Positions 10,371 through 21,460 of a stretch of 64,000 nucleotides of DNA are shown in pieces. This stretch comes from an uncultured Candidatus Rokubacteria bacterium. GTDB lineage: Bacteria; Methylomirabilota; Methylomirabilia; Rokubacteriales; CSP1-6. The first letter of the stretch is position 1. Each line of letters begins with the position of its first letter. The stretch covers positions 558,454 to 622,453 of the forward strand of contig CAVVEU010000040.1 in the NCBI GenBank assembly GCA_963747235.1. Direction: 5' to 3'. The notes under the pieces are model-generated. The model was not told the DNA's origin, made no database searches, and saw nothing but the letters and a program-made list of their open reading frames with translations. Both the position numbers and the translations under genes were made by a program.

Positions 10371-11627
10371 ATGAGCGAGCCCCCGGGCGACGACCGCGCG
10401 CGCGAGGCGGTGGAGGCGGTCTACCGCTCGGACTCGCGCCGCGTCCTGGCCACCCTCATCCGTCTGCTCGGCGATTTCGACCTGGCGGAGGAGGCCCTGC
10501 ACGAGGCCTTCGCGGCCGCGGTCGAGCAGTGGCCGCGGGAGGGCATGCCCGCCAATCCGCGGGCCTGGCTCGTCTCCACCGGGCGCTTCAAGGCCATCGA
10601 CGCCATGCGCCGGCGGGCCCGGTTCGACGCCTCCCAGGCGGAGCTCGCCGAGCGGATCGAGGCCGAGACCGCCGGCCCCAGGCCGGGCGAGGCGGAGGAC
10701 ATCGTGGACGACCGGCTCCGCCTGATCTTCACGTGCTGCCACCCGGCCCTGCCCCCGGACGCCCAGGTCGCGCTGACCCTGCGCGAGGTCTGCGGTCTCA
10801 CCACCGAGGAGATCGCGCGCGCCTTTCTCACCGCGCCCCCGACGCTCGCCCAGCGCATCGTGCGCGCCAAGGCGAAGATCCGAGACGCGCGCATCCCCTA
10901 CGAGGTCCCGGCCCTGGCCGAGCTGCCGGCCCGCCTGGACACCGTCCTGCACGTGGTCTACCTGGTGTTCAACGAGGGCTACTCGGCGTCCTCGGGCGAG
11001 TCGCTGACGCGGGCCGATCTCTCGGGCGAGGCCATCCGCCTGGGACGGCTGCTCATCGAGCTGCTGCCGGAGCCCGAGGCCGTCGGCCTGCTGGCGCTGA
11101 TGCTGCTCCACGAGTCGCGCCGCCCCGCGCGCACCTCCCCCACCGGCGAGCTGATCCTGCTGGACGACCAGGACCGCTCGCTCTGGAGCCGCGCGCAGAT
11201 CGCGGAGGGCACCGGGCTGGTGGAGCGGGCGCTCGCCTCGCGCCGGATCGGCCCGTACACGCTCCAGGCCGCGATCGCGGCGGTGCACGCGGAGGCGCCC
11301 GCCGCCGCCCTGACCGACTGGGGCCAGATCGTCGGGCTCTACGACGTGCTGGTGCGGGCCGAGCCGTCGCCGGTGGTCGAGCTGAACCGCGCCGCCGCGG
11401 TGGCGATGCGCGACGGCCCCGCGGCGGGCCTGGCCCTCATCGACGCGATCCTGGCGCGCGGCGACCTGGCGGACTACCCGCTGGCGCACTCGGCGCGGGC
11501 GGAGCTGTGCCGGCGCCTCGGGAAGACGGGCGACGCCCGCGCCTCCTACGAGCGCGCGCTCGGCCTGACCCGGCAGGAGCCGCAGCGGCGCTTTCTCGAG
11601 CGCCGCCTGGCCGAGCTCCCGGACTGA
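10371..11627 (+). CDS. ECF sigma factor with C-terminal extension (ECF42 type)
   Basis: [46 protein letters not shown]. Confidence 0.9.
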   Translation: MSEPPGDDRAREAVEAVYRSDSRRVLATLIRLLGDFDLAEEALHEAFAAAVEQWPREGMPANPRAWLVSTGRFKAIDAMRRRARFDASQAELAERIEAETAGPRPGEAEDIVDDRLRLIFTCCHPALPPDAQVALTLREVCGLTTEEIARAFLTAPPTLAQRIVRAKAKIRDARIPYEVPALAELPARLDTVLHVVYLVFNEGYSASSGESLTRADLSGEAIRLGRLLIELLPEPEAVGLLALMLLHESRRPARTSPTGELILLDDQDRSLWSRAQIAEGTGLVERALASRRIGPYTLQAAIAAVHAEAPAAALTDWGQIVGLYDVLVRAEPSPVVELNRAAAVAMRDGPAAGLALIDAILARGDLADYPLAHSARAELCRRLGKTGDARASYERALGLTRQEPQRRFLERRLAELPD

Positions 11628-11703
11628 GGCGCGGCCCGCGGTTTGACCACCCGGGGCTGATCTGGCAGGATCGCCTCACTCTCGCCGTCCCGGAGGCCAT
11701 CCG

Positions 11704-12907
11704 ATGCGCATGCCGCTCGAAGACGTGAAGGTCCTCGACCTGAGCCACGCCCTCGCGGGGCCCTTCTGCTCCACGATGCTGGCCGACTTCGGCGCCGAGG
11801 TCATCAAGCTCGAGCCGCGCGGCGCCGGCGACATCGCGCGCGCCTGGGGGCCGCCCCTGCCCGGCGGCGAGACCTCGTACTTCGTGAGCCTGCATCGCAA
11901 CAAGAAGGGCATCGAGGTCGACCTGAAGCACCCGGAAGGCAAAGAGTCTCTTCTTTCAGCTGGTAGACAAATGCGACGTCGTGCTCGAGAACTATCGGGT
12001 GGGCGCGCTCGCCCGGCTCGGGCTGGGCTACGAGGCCGCGCGCGAGCGGAACCCCGGCATCATCTACTGCTCGGTCTCGGGCTTCGGCCAGGACGGCCCG
12101 TACCGCGACCGCGCCGCGCTCGACCTAATCGTCCAGTCCGAGAGCGGGATGATCAGCACCACCGGCGAGGCGGACGGCCACGGGGTGCGCTGCGGCGTCT
12201 CTATCGCCGACATGACCGCGGGGATGTACGCGGCCTTCGGCATCATGCTGGCCTTGCGCGTGAAGGAGCGGACCGGACGCGGCCAGGCCATCGACGTCTC
12301 GATGCTCGAGGGCCAGCTCTCGCTCCTCGGGAGCATGATCGGCGCCTACTTCGCCGACGGCGAGCTGCCGCGGCCGATGGGCACCGCGTACAAGGCGCTC
12401 CTGCCCTACCAGACCTTCCGCACCAAGACACGGGACCTGGCCCTGGCCGTCGGCAGCGAGAAGCTCTGGAAGGTGTTCTGCCCCGTGATCGGCCGGCCCG
12501 AGCTGACCGACGATCCGCGCTATCGCACCAACGCCGACCGGGCGCGCAACCGCGACACGCTCATCCCCGCGCTGCAGGCGGCGTTCCTCACGCGGACGTA
12601 CGAGGAATGGGAGCCGCTGCTGCTCGCGCAGGGCATTCCCATGGGCGCCATCAACACCATTCCCCAGGTGGTGGAGCACCCGCAGGTGATCGCGCGCGGG
12701 GCCCTGGTGGAGATGGACCATCCCCGCGCCGGCACCGTGCGCATGGTCGGCGCGCCGGTGCGCCTGTCGGAGACGCCGGGCTCGGTGCGCACGCCCGCCC
12801 CGCTGCTCGGCGAGCACACCGACGCGGTGCTGCGGGACTTGCTGGGCCTCGAGGCCGCCGAGATCGACACCTTGAGGGCCGGTGGCGTCATCGGCCCGAA
12901 GCAGTGA
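11704..12907 (+). CDS. Family III CoA-transferase (CaiB/BaiF), frameshift near 11950
   Basis: VLDLSHALAGP, ADFGAEVIKLE, RNKK, ENYRVG, PAPLLGEHT. Confidence 0.9.
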
Positions 12908-12915
12908 GCTGAGCC

Positions 12916-13299
12916 ATGAAGAAAGAAATCGTCCGGGCCACGCTGGCGCACGCGAATCCGAACCTGTCGGCCGCGACCCGGTTCGGCAACCTCGTCTTCG
13001 TGGCCGGCCAGACCGGACGGCATCCGGTCACCGGCGAGGTCGGGCGGGACATTCGCGAGCAGACCCGCAACACCCTCGAGCGCATCAAGGTCGTCCTCGC
13101 CGCGGCGGGCACCTCGCTCGACAATGTGCTCAGCGCGATGACGCACCTCACCCGGCGCGAGGACCTGGCGGCCTACAACGAGGAGTACGCGAGGTACTTC
13201 CCGGCCGACAAGCCCGCGCGGACCACCGTGACGGTCGCCTCGCTGAACGCGCCCGAGCTGCTCGTGGAGATCACGGTCACCGCGTGCGTCCCCGACTGA
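12916..13299 (+). CDS. RidA/YjgF family protein
   Basis: VFVAGQ, N..Y..YF....PART, LVEI. Confidence 0.85.
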   Translation: MKKEIVRATLAHANPNLSAATRFGNLVFVAGQTGRHPVTGEVGRDIREQTRNTLERIKVVLAAAGTSLDNVLSAMTHLTRREDLAAYNEEYARYFPADKPARTTVTVASLNAPELLVEITVTACVPD

Positions 13300-13303
13300 C
13301 CGT

Positions 13304-14541
13304 CTACCGCTCGCGGGGGTGCCGCCAGGCCAGGCCCGTGCGGCGCGCGACGAGCACGAGGACGATCACCGCCACCAGCCCGCTCCCGCCGCCCAGCGCG
13401 CAGGCCGCGCGCACGCCCAGCCGCTCGGCAAGAAGGCCCATCAGGACCGACCCGAACGGGGTCATGCCCGCGTTGGCGAGCGCGTAGAGCCCCATCACGC
13501 GCCCCCGCAGCGCGTCCGGCGTCTCGAGCTGCAGCGTGGTGTTGCAGCCCGTGGAGAACAGGATCTGGCAGCACCCGAGCGCGACGAGCAAGGCGGCCGC
13601 GGCGCCGAAATGCCCCACCAGGGCGAGCGAGGCGGTCCCCGCGCTGAGCACCGCCGCCGAGGCGGCCAGGAACCACAGCGAGGGCCGGCCCCGACGGAGC
13701 AGCGTCAACCCGATGCCCGCCATCACCGCGCCCGCGCCGAGCGAGGACATGAGCAGGCCGAACCCGTGCGCGCCCTCGTCGAGCACGTCCTTCGCGATCA
13801 GCGGCACCACCACGTTGAAGTTCAGCACGAGCACGCTGACCACGACGACCAGGGCGAGCGTGAACGCGGTGGACGGGGTGCGCGCCGCGTAGGCGAGCGC
13901 GCCCCCAGACGCCTTCGCGGATGCCGAGCCGTCCGGCCGGGTCCGGGTTCCCGGGCGTGCGGGTGGCGAGGAGCGCGGCCAGCACCGCGACGAAGCTCAG
14001 GCCGTTGAGGAAGAACGCCGGGCGCCACGCCGAACCCCGCGATGAGCAGGCCGGCGACGGCGGGCCCCACGATGCGCGCCCCGTTGAAGACCAGCGAGTT
14101 GAGCGCGACCGCATTGGGCAGATCGGCCCGCCCGACGAGATCCGTGATGTAGGACTGGCGCGCCGGGATGTCCACCGCGCGCCCCAGGCCGTAGATCGCG
14201 GCCAGCACCGCCACGTGCCAGTACCGCACGTGGCCGCTCCAGACGAGCCCGGCCAGCACGAAGGCCTGCGCCATCATGACCGCCTGGGTCAGCAGGATGA
14301 TGCGGCGCTTGGGAAAGCGGTCGCTCAGCGCGCCGCCCACCGGCGAGAGCAGCAGGATCGGCGTGAACTGCAGCGCGGTCACCAGCCCGAGCTGGAACGG
14401 CGAGCCGGTGAGCTCCAGCACGAGCCACGCCTGGCCCACGCTCTGCATCCAGGTGCCGATCAGCGAGACGAGCTGGCCGCTCCAGAAGAGACGGAAGTCG
14501 CGGTGGCGAAGCGCGGCGAGGCGGGCCGGTCGGCCGCTCAC
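13304..14541 (-). CDS. MFS transporter (MFS_3/DUF894-like), frameshifted
   Basis: ALRHRDFRLFWSGQLVSLIGTWMQ, PARQ, NAVALNS, TPDALRGRVMG. Confidence 0.85.
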
Positions 14542-15431
14542 CGCGCGGCGGCGGAGCGGGTGGCCGCGAGGCTCGTGGCGCGCTCGTGGAGCGCCGGCGC
14601 GCCGAGCCGCCCGGCCCAGGCCGCGAAGCCCGGGCGCGGCCCGACCCACCGCAGCCCGTCCACGTCGGTGCCGATCGGCGCATCCGCGCGCAGCGTGGCC
14701 AGCGTCCGGAACAGCCGCGCGCGCTCGCCCTGCTCGGCGAGCGTCGCGGCCAGGCGCGCGGCGCCGCGCACCGCGACATCCCAGTCCGCCGCGCGCTCGG
14801 GAATCTGCTCGAGGTGCCCGTAACGGGCGAGCACCGTCGCGGCGGACGTGGCGCCCCAGCCGGGCAGACCCGGGAAGCCGTCCGCGCTGTCGCCCACCAG
14901 GGCGAGCCAGTCCGGAATGGACGCGGGCGGGACGCCGAACTTCTTGACCACGCCCGCCTCGTCGCGCTGCTCGCCGCGCCGCCGGTCGAGCTGGACCACC
15001 CGCTCGCCCCGCACGCACTGCGCGAGGTCCTTGTCCGGCGTGCAGATCACGACCTGCTCCACCCGCGCATCGGCCGCCGCGAGCGCCGCCGCGGCGGCGA
15101 GGGCGTCGTCGGCCTCGAACTCGACCATGGGCCAGACGACCACGCCCAGCGCGCCGAGCGCTTCCTCGAGCGGCTCGAACTGCGCGTAGAGCAGCGGGTC
15201 CATGCCCTCGCCGGTCTTGTAGCCCGGCCAGAGCGCGTTCCGGAACGACTCGATGACGTGATCGGTCGCCACGCCCAGGTGCGTCGCGCCGCCCTCGAGC
15301 ATGCCCAGGATCGACGCGACGACGCCCCGCACCGCACGCAGCTCGGGCGGCGTGCTCCGATCGAACGCCGCCCCCGGCGAGAGGAAGTAGCGGAAGAGCT
15401 CGTAGGTGCCGTCCACGAGGTGCACGATCAC
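14538..15431 (-). CDS. Stand-alone 5'-3' exonuclease / flap endonuclease
   Basis: LVDGTYELFR, YKT, FEADD, DKD, LVGDSADGFPGLPGWG. Confidence 0.9.
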   Translation of the reverse strand: MIVHLVDGTYELFRYFLSPGAAFDRSTPPELRAVRGVVASILGMLEGGATHLGVATDHVIESFRNALWPGYKTGEGMDPLLYAQFEPLEEALGALGVVVWPMVEFEADDALAAAAALAAADARVEQVVICTPDKDLAQCVRGERVVQLDRRRGEQRDEAGVVKKFGVPPASIPDWLALVGDSADGFPGLPGWGATSAATVLARYGHLEQIPERAADWDVAVRGAARLAATLAEQGERARLFRTLATLRADAPIGTDVDGLRWVGPRPGFAAWAGRLGAPALHERATSLAATRSAAAR

Positions 15432-15484
15432 AGCCAGAACGATACGACAGGGCCATGGCCGGACGCGGTAGAATCAACCCCGCC

Positions 15485-16367
15485 ATGAAGATCCGTATCG
15501 GGGTGGGCTCCGCGGGCGCGACCGCATCCATGGAGGCGATGGCCGAGCTGGTGGCCGGCCTCGACGAGTTCGGGTTCGACTCCCTCTGGCTCTCGGAGGT
15601 GCTGACCGGCCCGGTGCTCGATCCCGTCGTGGGCCTCGCCTGGGCCGCCGCGAGCAACCCGCGCCTGAAGGTCGGGACCACCATGCTGCTGCCGGGCCGC
15701 AATGTGCTGCGCCTGGCCAAGCAGCTCGCGAGCCTGGACCGGCTGTCCCAGGGCCGCCTGCTGGTGACACTGGTGCCCGGGCTCACCTTCTCGCCGGAGC
15801 GCGAGGCCATCGGGGTCGAGCCCAAGCAGCGCGGCGCCTTCATCGACGAGGCCCTCCCGCTCCTGCGCCGCCTCTGGGCCGGCGAGACGGTGAGCCACGA
15901 CGGGCCCGCCGGGACTCTCCGGGACGTCAAGCTCTCGCCCGCTGCCCGTGCAGCAGCCGCTCGAGGTGTGGCTGGGCGGCACGCTGCCGGCCGCGCTCGA
16001 GCGCTGCGGCCGGCTGTCGGATGGCTGGCTGCCCTCGCTGTGCACGCCCGCGGAAGCGGCGGCGGGCCGCGTCGTGATCGAGGACGCGGCGGCGCGCGCC
16101 GGCCGCTCGATCAGCGGCGAGCACTTCGGCATGAGCGTCGGCTACGCCACCGCGCCGATCGATCCGGCCACCGCGCGCGCGATGGCCGCGCGGCGGCCCC
16201 GCTCGGTCGAGCTGACGCCGGTGGGGCTGCCCGCGCTGCGCACGCTCCTCGAGCAGTTCATCGCGGTGGGCTTCTCGAAGTTCGTGGTGCGGCCGCTGGT
16301 CACGCCGAAATCGTGGCGCGCCGAGCTCGGGGCCCTGGCCGACGCGGTCGGCGATCTGCAGACCTGA
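15485..16367 (+). CDS. LLM-class flavin/F420 oxidoreductase (frameshift near 15940)
   Basis: GFDSLWLSE, LAKQLASLDRLSQGR, PLEVWLGG, DGWLPS. Confidence 0.85.
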
Positions 16368-16369
16368 GC

Positions 16370-16552
16370 ATGATCCGAGCGGTCGACATCACGGCCGAGC
16401 TGGCCGGATTCCCGGTCCTGCGCGGGCGCAGCCGCAGTACGCCCGCCGCGGAGGTCCAGGCCGCGTTCACGGTGCTGGCCCCGTTCCGCGACGGCAGCGT
16501 CTTCGCGGGCCGCTTCTCCGGGGAGAGAGACTCACCGTCGCCGCAGCCATGA
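16370..16552 (+). pseudogene. Truncated N-terminus of a cupin-domain protein
   Basis: MIRAVDITAELA..LRGR..LAPFRDGSVFAGRFSGE stops just before the expected WExH cupin motif. Confidence 0.5.
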
Positions 16553-16773
16553 GACATTTGTGGTGGGTCATCCCCTTCGTCACCGTCCTGGTGGCGATCC
16601 GGGTCTGGTGGGCAGGGCCAGGGGATGTCGCGGTTCTGGTGATTCTCGTATGTGGGCTCGCGGGCCTCGCCTATCTCGTCATGCGCAATCGGGCGCCAAT
16701 GCCGCCTCTCCGGGGCGACCAGGAACGGGACACACGCGACGTCGAGCGAGACATCCCCCCACCACCAGGCTGA
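16549..16773 (+). CDS. Small two-TM hypothetical protein
   Basis: Two hydrophobic segments and a charged tail. Confidence 0.5.
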   Translation: MRHLWWVIPFVTVLVAIRVWWAGPGDVAVLVILVCGLAGLAYLVMRNRAPMPPLRGDQERDTRDVERDIPPPPG

Positions 16774-16795
16774 CCCACTACCGCGCGGCCCGCCC

Positions 16796-17660
16796 TCAGC
16801 CGGGCGGTTGCGTTTCCTTCACGCGCGCGTACCTGGCCGGGGTCACCCCGTAGGCCGATTTGAACATGCGCGTGAAGTGCGCCTGGTCGGCAAAGCCCGC
16901 CGCCAGCGCCAGGTCCGCCAGCGGCGTCCCCGCGCGTAGCCGGCTCCGCGCGAAGTCGAGCCGGCGCAGGAGCGAGTAGCGGTACGGACTCGTCCCGTAG
17001 CGGACCCGGAACTGGCGGGCCAGCTCGTAGCGGCTCAGGCCCGTGACCGCCTCGAGCTCGGTCGAGCGCACGATGGCGCGCCGGCCGTCCAGGAAGGCGC
17101 GGGCCCGGTCGAGCGCACCCTGGTCGACGCGCGGCGCCCCGGTGGGCGCGCCGTCCGCATCGCTCTCGATGAGGCCTTCCGCCAGACGGAGCACCAGGGC
17201 ATCGAGCGCCAGCGGCTCCGCGGGGGCCTGGAACGCGGCCGTGACCGCGCGCGCCAGCGTCGGGTTCCGCGAGACGGGCTCCCGCGCGAACGGCAGCGGC
17301 GCCGGCCGACCCCGGATCGCGTGGACCGCCGCGGCGATGCGGGCCGGCTCGACGTAGACGATCCGGTAGCCGAAGCCGTTCTCGCCCCCGGCGCGCCCGT
17401 CGTGCGTCTCGTCGGGGTGGAGCACGACCACGTCGCCCGGCACGCAGCGCTCGACGCGCCCGCGGTAGTCGAACATCTGGACGCCGGCCTCGGTGACGCC
17501 GATCGCGTAGGTGTCGTGGCGATGCGGGGCGAAGGCGCGCCCGCGGAACCAGGCACGCAGCAGCTCGACGCCCCCCACCGGCCCGCGCCCGCGCACCCAC
17601 TCGCGCGCGCCGCACGAACGTTCAAGACCCTCGCGGGCCGATCGGCCTAGCTTTGACGGC
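16796..17660 (-). CDS. AraC family regulator (start uncertain)
   Basis: PHRHDTY, LHPDETHDG, GFADQAHFTRMFK..YGVTP. Confidence 0.9.
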
Positions 17661-17699
17661 CATGTGGCGAATCTACCCGCTCCGTGGCGGCCGGCGCAA

Positions 17700-18296
17700 A
17701 TGACCTTCGAGCAGGCCTTCGCCTTCTTCCTCTTCTCGGTCGCCGCGGCCGGCACGCCGGGCCCCAGCAACACGCTGCTGACCGCCACCGGGGCGAACGT
17801 GGGCGTGCTGCGCGGCCTGCCCTGCCTGTTCGGGGTCGCCCTCGGCATGGGGCTGATGATGTTCCTCGTGGCCTTCGGTCTCGGCAGCGTGATCCTCCAC
17901 CACCCGGTCGTCCTGGAAGGCGTCAAGTGGTGCGGGGCGGCGGTGCTGGGCTGGCTCGCCTGGAAGATCGCGACCGCGGGCCGCTCCGGCGCCAACACGG
18001 CCGGCCCTCCGGTCGGGTTCCTCGGCGCGGCGGCGTTCCAGTGGATCAACCCGAAGTCCTGGCTCGTCTGCGCCAGCGCGGCCGCGACCTTCCTGCAGGA
18101 CGGGGCGAGCAGCGCGCTCGCCCAGTCGGCCGCCTTCGGGCTCACGTTCGTTCTCGCGTCGCTGCCGAGCTGCTTCCCCTGGCTGGCCTTCGGCGCGGTG
18201 CTCCAGCGCGTCCTGCGCTCCGAGCGCGCCCGGCGCATCTTCAACGGCGCCATGGGCGCGCTTCTCGCCGCCTCCGTGCTGCTGATCTTCTGGTAG
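17700..18296 (+). CDS. LysE family translocator
   Basis: TPGPSN, FQWINPK; divergent from the AraC gene. Confidence 0.9.
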   Translation: MTFEQAFAFFLFSVAAAGTPGPSNTLLTATGANVGVLRGLPCLFGVALGMGLMMFLVAFGLGSVILHHPVVLEGVKWCGAAVLGWLAWKIATAGRSGANTAGPPVGFLGAAAFQWINPKSWLVCASAAATFLQDGASSALAQSAAFGLTFVLASLPSCFPWLAFGAVLQRVLRSERARRIFNGAMGALLAASVLLIFW

Positions 18297-18320
18297 GATC
18301 GCCGTCAAAGGAGACCCGGG

Positions 18321-18680
18321 ATGACGGCGAAGCTGATGCTCTGCGGTCTGCTGGTCGTGCTGGGGGTGTTCATCGGACGGGCCACGATGGCCCATTCGCC
18401 CCAGGCGCAGGTCACCGAGCAGGAGCTGCTGAACAACGACTCCGTGCGGATCGTCCTGATGACCTACCCGCCCGGCGCCGACTCCGATCTCCACCTGAAC
18501 GAGGGCGCCGAGATCACCATCGTCCAGGACGGCGAGCTGGCGCTGTACGCGAAGGGCAAGCGGGAGGCGCTGCGGCCGCGCAGCGCCCACTGGCTCGAGC
18601 AGGGCTCGGCCCACCTGGCCCGCAACGAGGGGAAGCGCCCGGCCAGGTTCTGGTCCATCCTGCTCAAGAAGTGCGACTGA
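18321..18680 (+). CDS. Secreted cupin-like protein
   Basis: Signal peptide; NDSVRIV..YPPG..DLH..E..GEL..H.ARNEG. Confidence 0.65.
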   Translation: MTAKLMLCGLLVVLGVFIGRATMAHSPQAQVTEQELLNNDSVRIVLMTYPPGADSDLHLNEGAEITIVQDGELALYAKGKREALRPRSAHWLEQGSAHLARNEGKRPARFWSILLKKCD

Positions 18681-19297
18681 CCACGACGTCGGAGCCCTCG
18701 CGCGAGCGCTGGAATCGCCGCTGGGCCGGCGAGGAGCGCGTCCACGCCAGCACCGCCCCCAGCCGGTTCCTGGTCGCGGAGGTCGCTGACCTGCGGCCGG
18801 GCACGGCGCTCGACCTGGCATGCGGCGCGGGCCGGAACGCGGTCTGGCTCGCCGGGCAGGGCTGGCGCGTGACCGCAGTGGATTTTTCCGGGATCGCGCT
18901 CCGGATGGCGCGAACCCTCGCGGCCGAGCGCCGCGTCGAGGTCGAGTGGATCGAGGCCGACGCGCTGGCGTGGACGCCGCCGGCGCGCGCGTACGACCTG
19001 GTGTGCGTCTTCTACCTGCAGCTCCCGCCGAGCGAGCGCCCGACCGCGCTGGCGCGCGCGGCGGACGCGGTACGGCCGGGCGGCACGCTCCTGGTCGTCG
19101 GCCACGATCTCCTCAACCTCACCGAGGGCGCGGGCGGCCCGACCCAGCCCGACGTCCTCTTCACCCCGGACGACGTGGTCGCGGAGATCGGGGATCTCCG
19201 GATCGAGAAGGCCCTGCGCGTGCGCCGGACCGTCGAGGATGCGTCCGCCCCGCGCGAGGCGATCGACGCCCTCGTCCGGGCCACGCGCCTGCCCTAG
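18677..19297 (+). CDS. Class I SAM-dependent methyltransferase
   Basis: ALDLACGAGRNAVWLA, VTAVDFS; start codon uncertain. Confidence 0.85.
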   Translation: MTTTSEPSRERWNRRWAGEERVHASTAPSRFLVAEVADLRPGTALDLACGAGRNAVWLAGQGWRVTAVDFSGIALRMARTLAAERRVEVEWIEADALAWTPPARAYDLVCVFYLQLPPSERPTALARAADAVRPGGTLLVVGHDLLNLTEGAGGPTQPDVLFTPDDVVAEIGDLRIEKALRVRRTVEDASAPREAIDALVRATRLP

Positions 19298-19309
19298 GAG
19301 ACACCCGCC

Positions 19310-19843
19310 ATGTCCTGGATCGCCGAGGTGCACGAGAGCGCGGCCGAGGGCCGCCTGAAGGAAGGCTACGAGCGCGTCATCCGAGGGCTGGGCCGCATGA
19401 TCCCCTTCTACCGCGTCTTCACGCCGAGCCCGCGCCTGCTCGGCGCCCATCTCGAGTTCTACGGCGCCCTCGGCGGATCCGGCGCACTCTCCAAGCTGCG
19501 CCGCGAGTACATCGCCACCGCGGTCAGCGCCGAGAACGGCTGCGCGCACTGCACCCAGCTCCACGGCGGCTTCCTCCGCGCGCTCGGCGCCGACCCGGCG
19601 TTGGTCCACGCGCTCGCGACCGAGCCGGCCGCGGCCCTCCTGCCGCCCACGGACCGGGCGATGGTGGACTACGCGCTCAAGCTGACCCGCGCGCCGCGGA
19701 CGATGACGCGTGCGGACGTGGAGGCGCTGCGCGCCCACGGATTCGTGGACGCGGAGATCTTCGAGATCGCGTTCACCACCGCGTACTTCAACTACACGAA
19801 CCGCGTCGCCGAGGGGCTCGGCGTGGAGCCCGAGCCCGCGTGA
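19310..19843 (+). CDS. AhpD/CMD-like peroxidase-related protein
   Basis: REYIATAVSAENGCAHC..H, FNYTNR. Confidence 0.85.
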   Translation: MSWIAEVHESAAEGRLKEGYERVIRGLGRMIPFYRVFTPSPRLLGAHLEFYGALGGSGALSKLRREYIATAVSAENGCAHCTQLHGGFLRALGADPALVHALATEPAAALLPPTDRAMVDYALKLTRAPRTMTRADVEALRAHGFVDAEIFEIAFTTAYFNYTNRVAEGLGVEPEPA

Positions 19844-19853
19844 GGCCGCCCGC

Positions 19854-21000
19854 GTGAACTTCGACCTCACGCCCGAGCAGCAGCGCTGGCGCGAGGTGGC
19901 GCGCGAGTTCGCCCAGCGGGTGCTCGGGCCCGGCGCGGACGCCTGGGACGAGGCCGGCGAGTATCCGCTGGGCGCGTTCCGCGAGGCGGCCGCGCTCGGA
20001 CTCGCGGGCCTGTTCGCGCCGGTCGAGGACGGCGGGCAGGGTCTCGACGGCCTCACCGGCGGCCTGATCCTGGAGCAGCTCGCCCAAGGGTGCTTCGCCA
20101 CCACGTTCGGCCTCGTCGTCCACAACAACTTCGCGCGAAGCCTCGCGCGGGCGGGCACCGACGCGGGCCGCGCGCGCTGGCTCGCCGCGGTCACCCGCGG
20201 GGAGCTGCTCGGCGGCTTCGCGCTCACCGAGCCGGACGCGGGCACCGACGCGGCCGCGATCACCACGACGGCCACGCCGGAGCGGGGCGGCTACCGACTC
20301 GACGGCGTCAAGGCGTGGGTCACCAACGGCGGCACCGCGGATCTCTACAACGTGATGGCGCGCACCGCGCCCCGCGCCGCCGGCGGGTCCGGCGCGGATG
20401 GAATCTCGAGCATCGTGGTCGAGCGCGACCGGCCCGGCGTCTCCTTCGGCCCGCGGGATCGCGTGACCGCGGCGCGCGCGCTCCCCACCTGCGAGCTGCG
20501 GCTCGACGGCGTGTGGGTGCCCGCCGATCACCTGCTGGGCCGCGAGGGCGACGGGCTGCGGGCCGCGCTCGCGACGATCGATCTCGCGCGCGCCCAGGTC
20601 GGCGCCATCGCCACCGGGCTGGCCCAGGGCGCGCTCGACGAGGCGGTCGCGTACGCCCGCGAGCGACGGGCCTTCGGCCGCGCCATCGCGGAGTTCCAGG
20701 GCCTGCAGTTCCTGCTCGCGGATCTCGCGGCCCAAGTCGAGGCGGCGCGCTCTGGCCTACCGCGCGGCCTGGCTGTTCGACCAGGGGCGACCCGCGACGC
20801 GCGCCTGCGCCATCGCCAAGCGGGTGGGCGTGGACGCGGCGGAGGAAGTCGCCCGCAAGGCGCTCGAGGTCTTCGGCGCCTCCGGGCTGCGCCGCGACCG
20901 GCCGGTCGAGCGCTACCTGCGCTGGGCCAAGGTCACGGCCTTCATCGACGGCACGCCGCAGGTGCAGCAGCTCGTCATCGCGCGCGATCTCCTGCGCTGA
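19854..21000 (+). CDS. Acyl-CoA dehydrogenase (frameshift near 20750)
   Basis: FALTEPDAGTD, GVKAWVTNG, RRAFGRAI.EFQG, DGT..VQQLVIAR. Confidence 0.85.
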
Positions 21001-21056
21001 CGCCCTCCTCGTGGAGCAGCTGAAGAAGGCGGGTCGTTACCGAGAGGAACCGGCGA

Positions 21057-21350
21057 TCAGGCGCCGGGATTCAGCCGCGGATCACTGACGAGCGTCCAGT
21101 CGTCGACGCCCTCGATGGTCGGCGTTGCCGCGCTGGTCGTCGTATGGGTTCGCCCCTTGCTCGGCGAGAACCACACGAACTCCTTCGAGCCCTGGCCACC
21201 ATTCACGCCGGCCGCCTCGATCTCGGGACCACTGGTGCCGCTCTCTTTACGCTCCGCCTTCCGCGCGCGCTTCGCGTCTTGCTTGGCCTTGCGTTGATCT
21301 TCCTTGCGGCGGCGGTCGCCGCGGTACATCCCCGGCCGTTTTTGAGCCAT
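21057..21350 (-). CDS. Small basic hypothetical protein
   Basis: GGGAG RBS; RRRKEDQRKAKQDAKR coiled-coil-like N-terminus. Confidence 0.65.
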   Translation of the reverse strand: MAQKRPGMYRGDRRRKEDQRKAKQDAKRARKAERKESGTSGPEIEAAGVNGGQGSKEFVWFSPSKGRTHTTTSAATPTIEGVDDWTLVSDPRLNPGA

Positions 21351-21460
21351 CGCACTCCCTTCTGGTTGCCCCCACTCTACATGACCGGCCGGGGATCGGC
21401 GGTCGCACTTTGATCTGTTCGTAACCCCTCGGATTCGTTAGCGCAGGGGGCCCGAATCGC

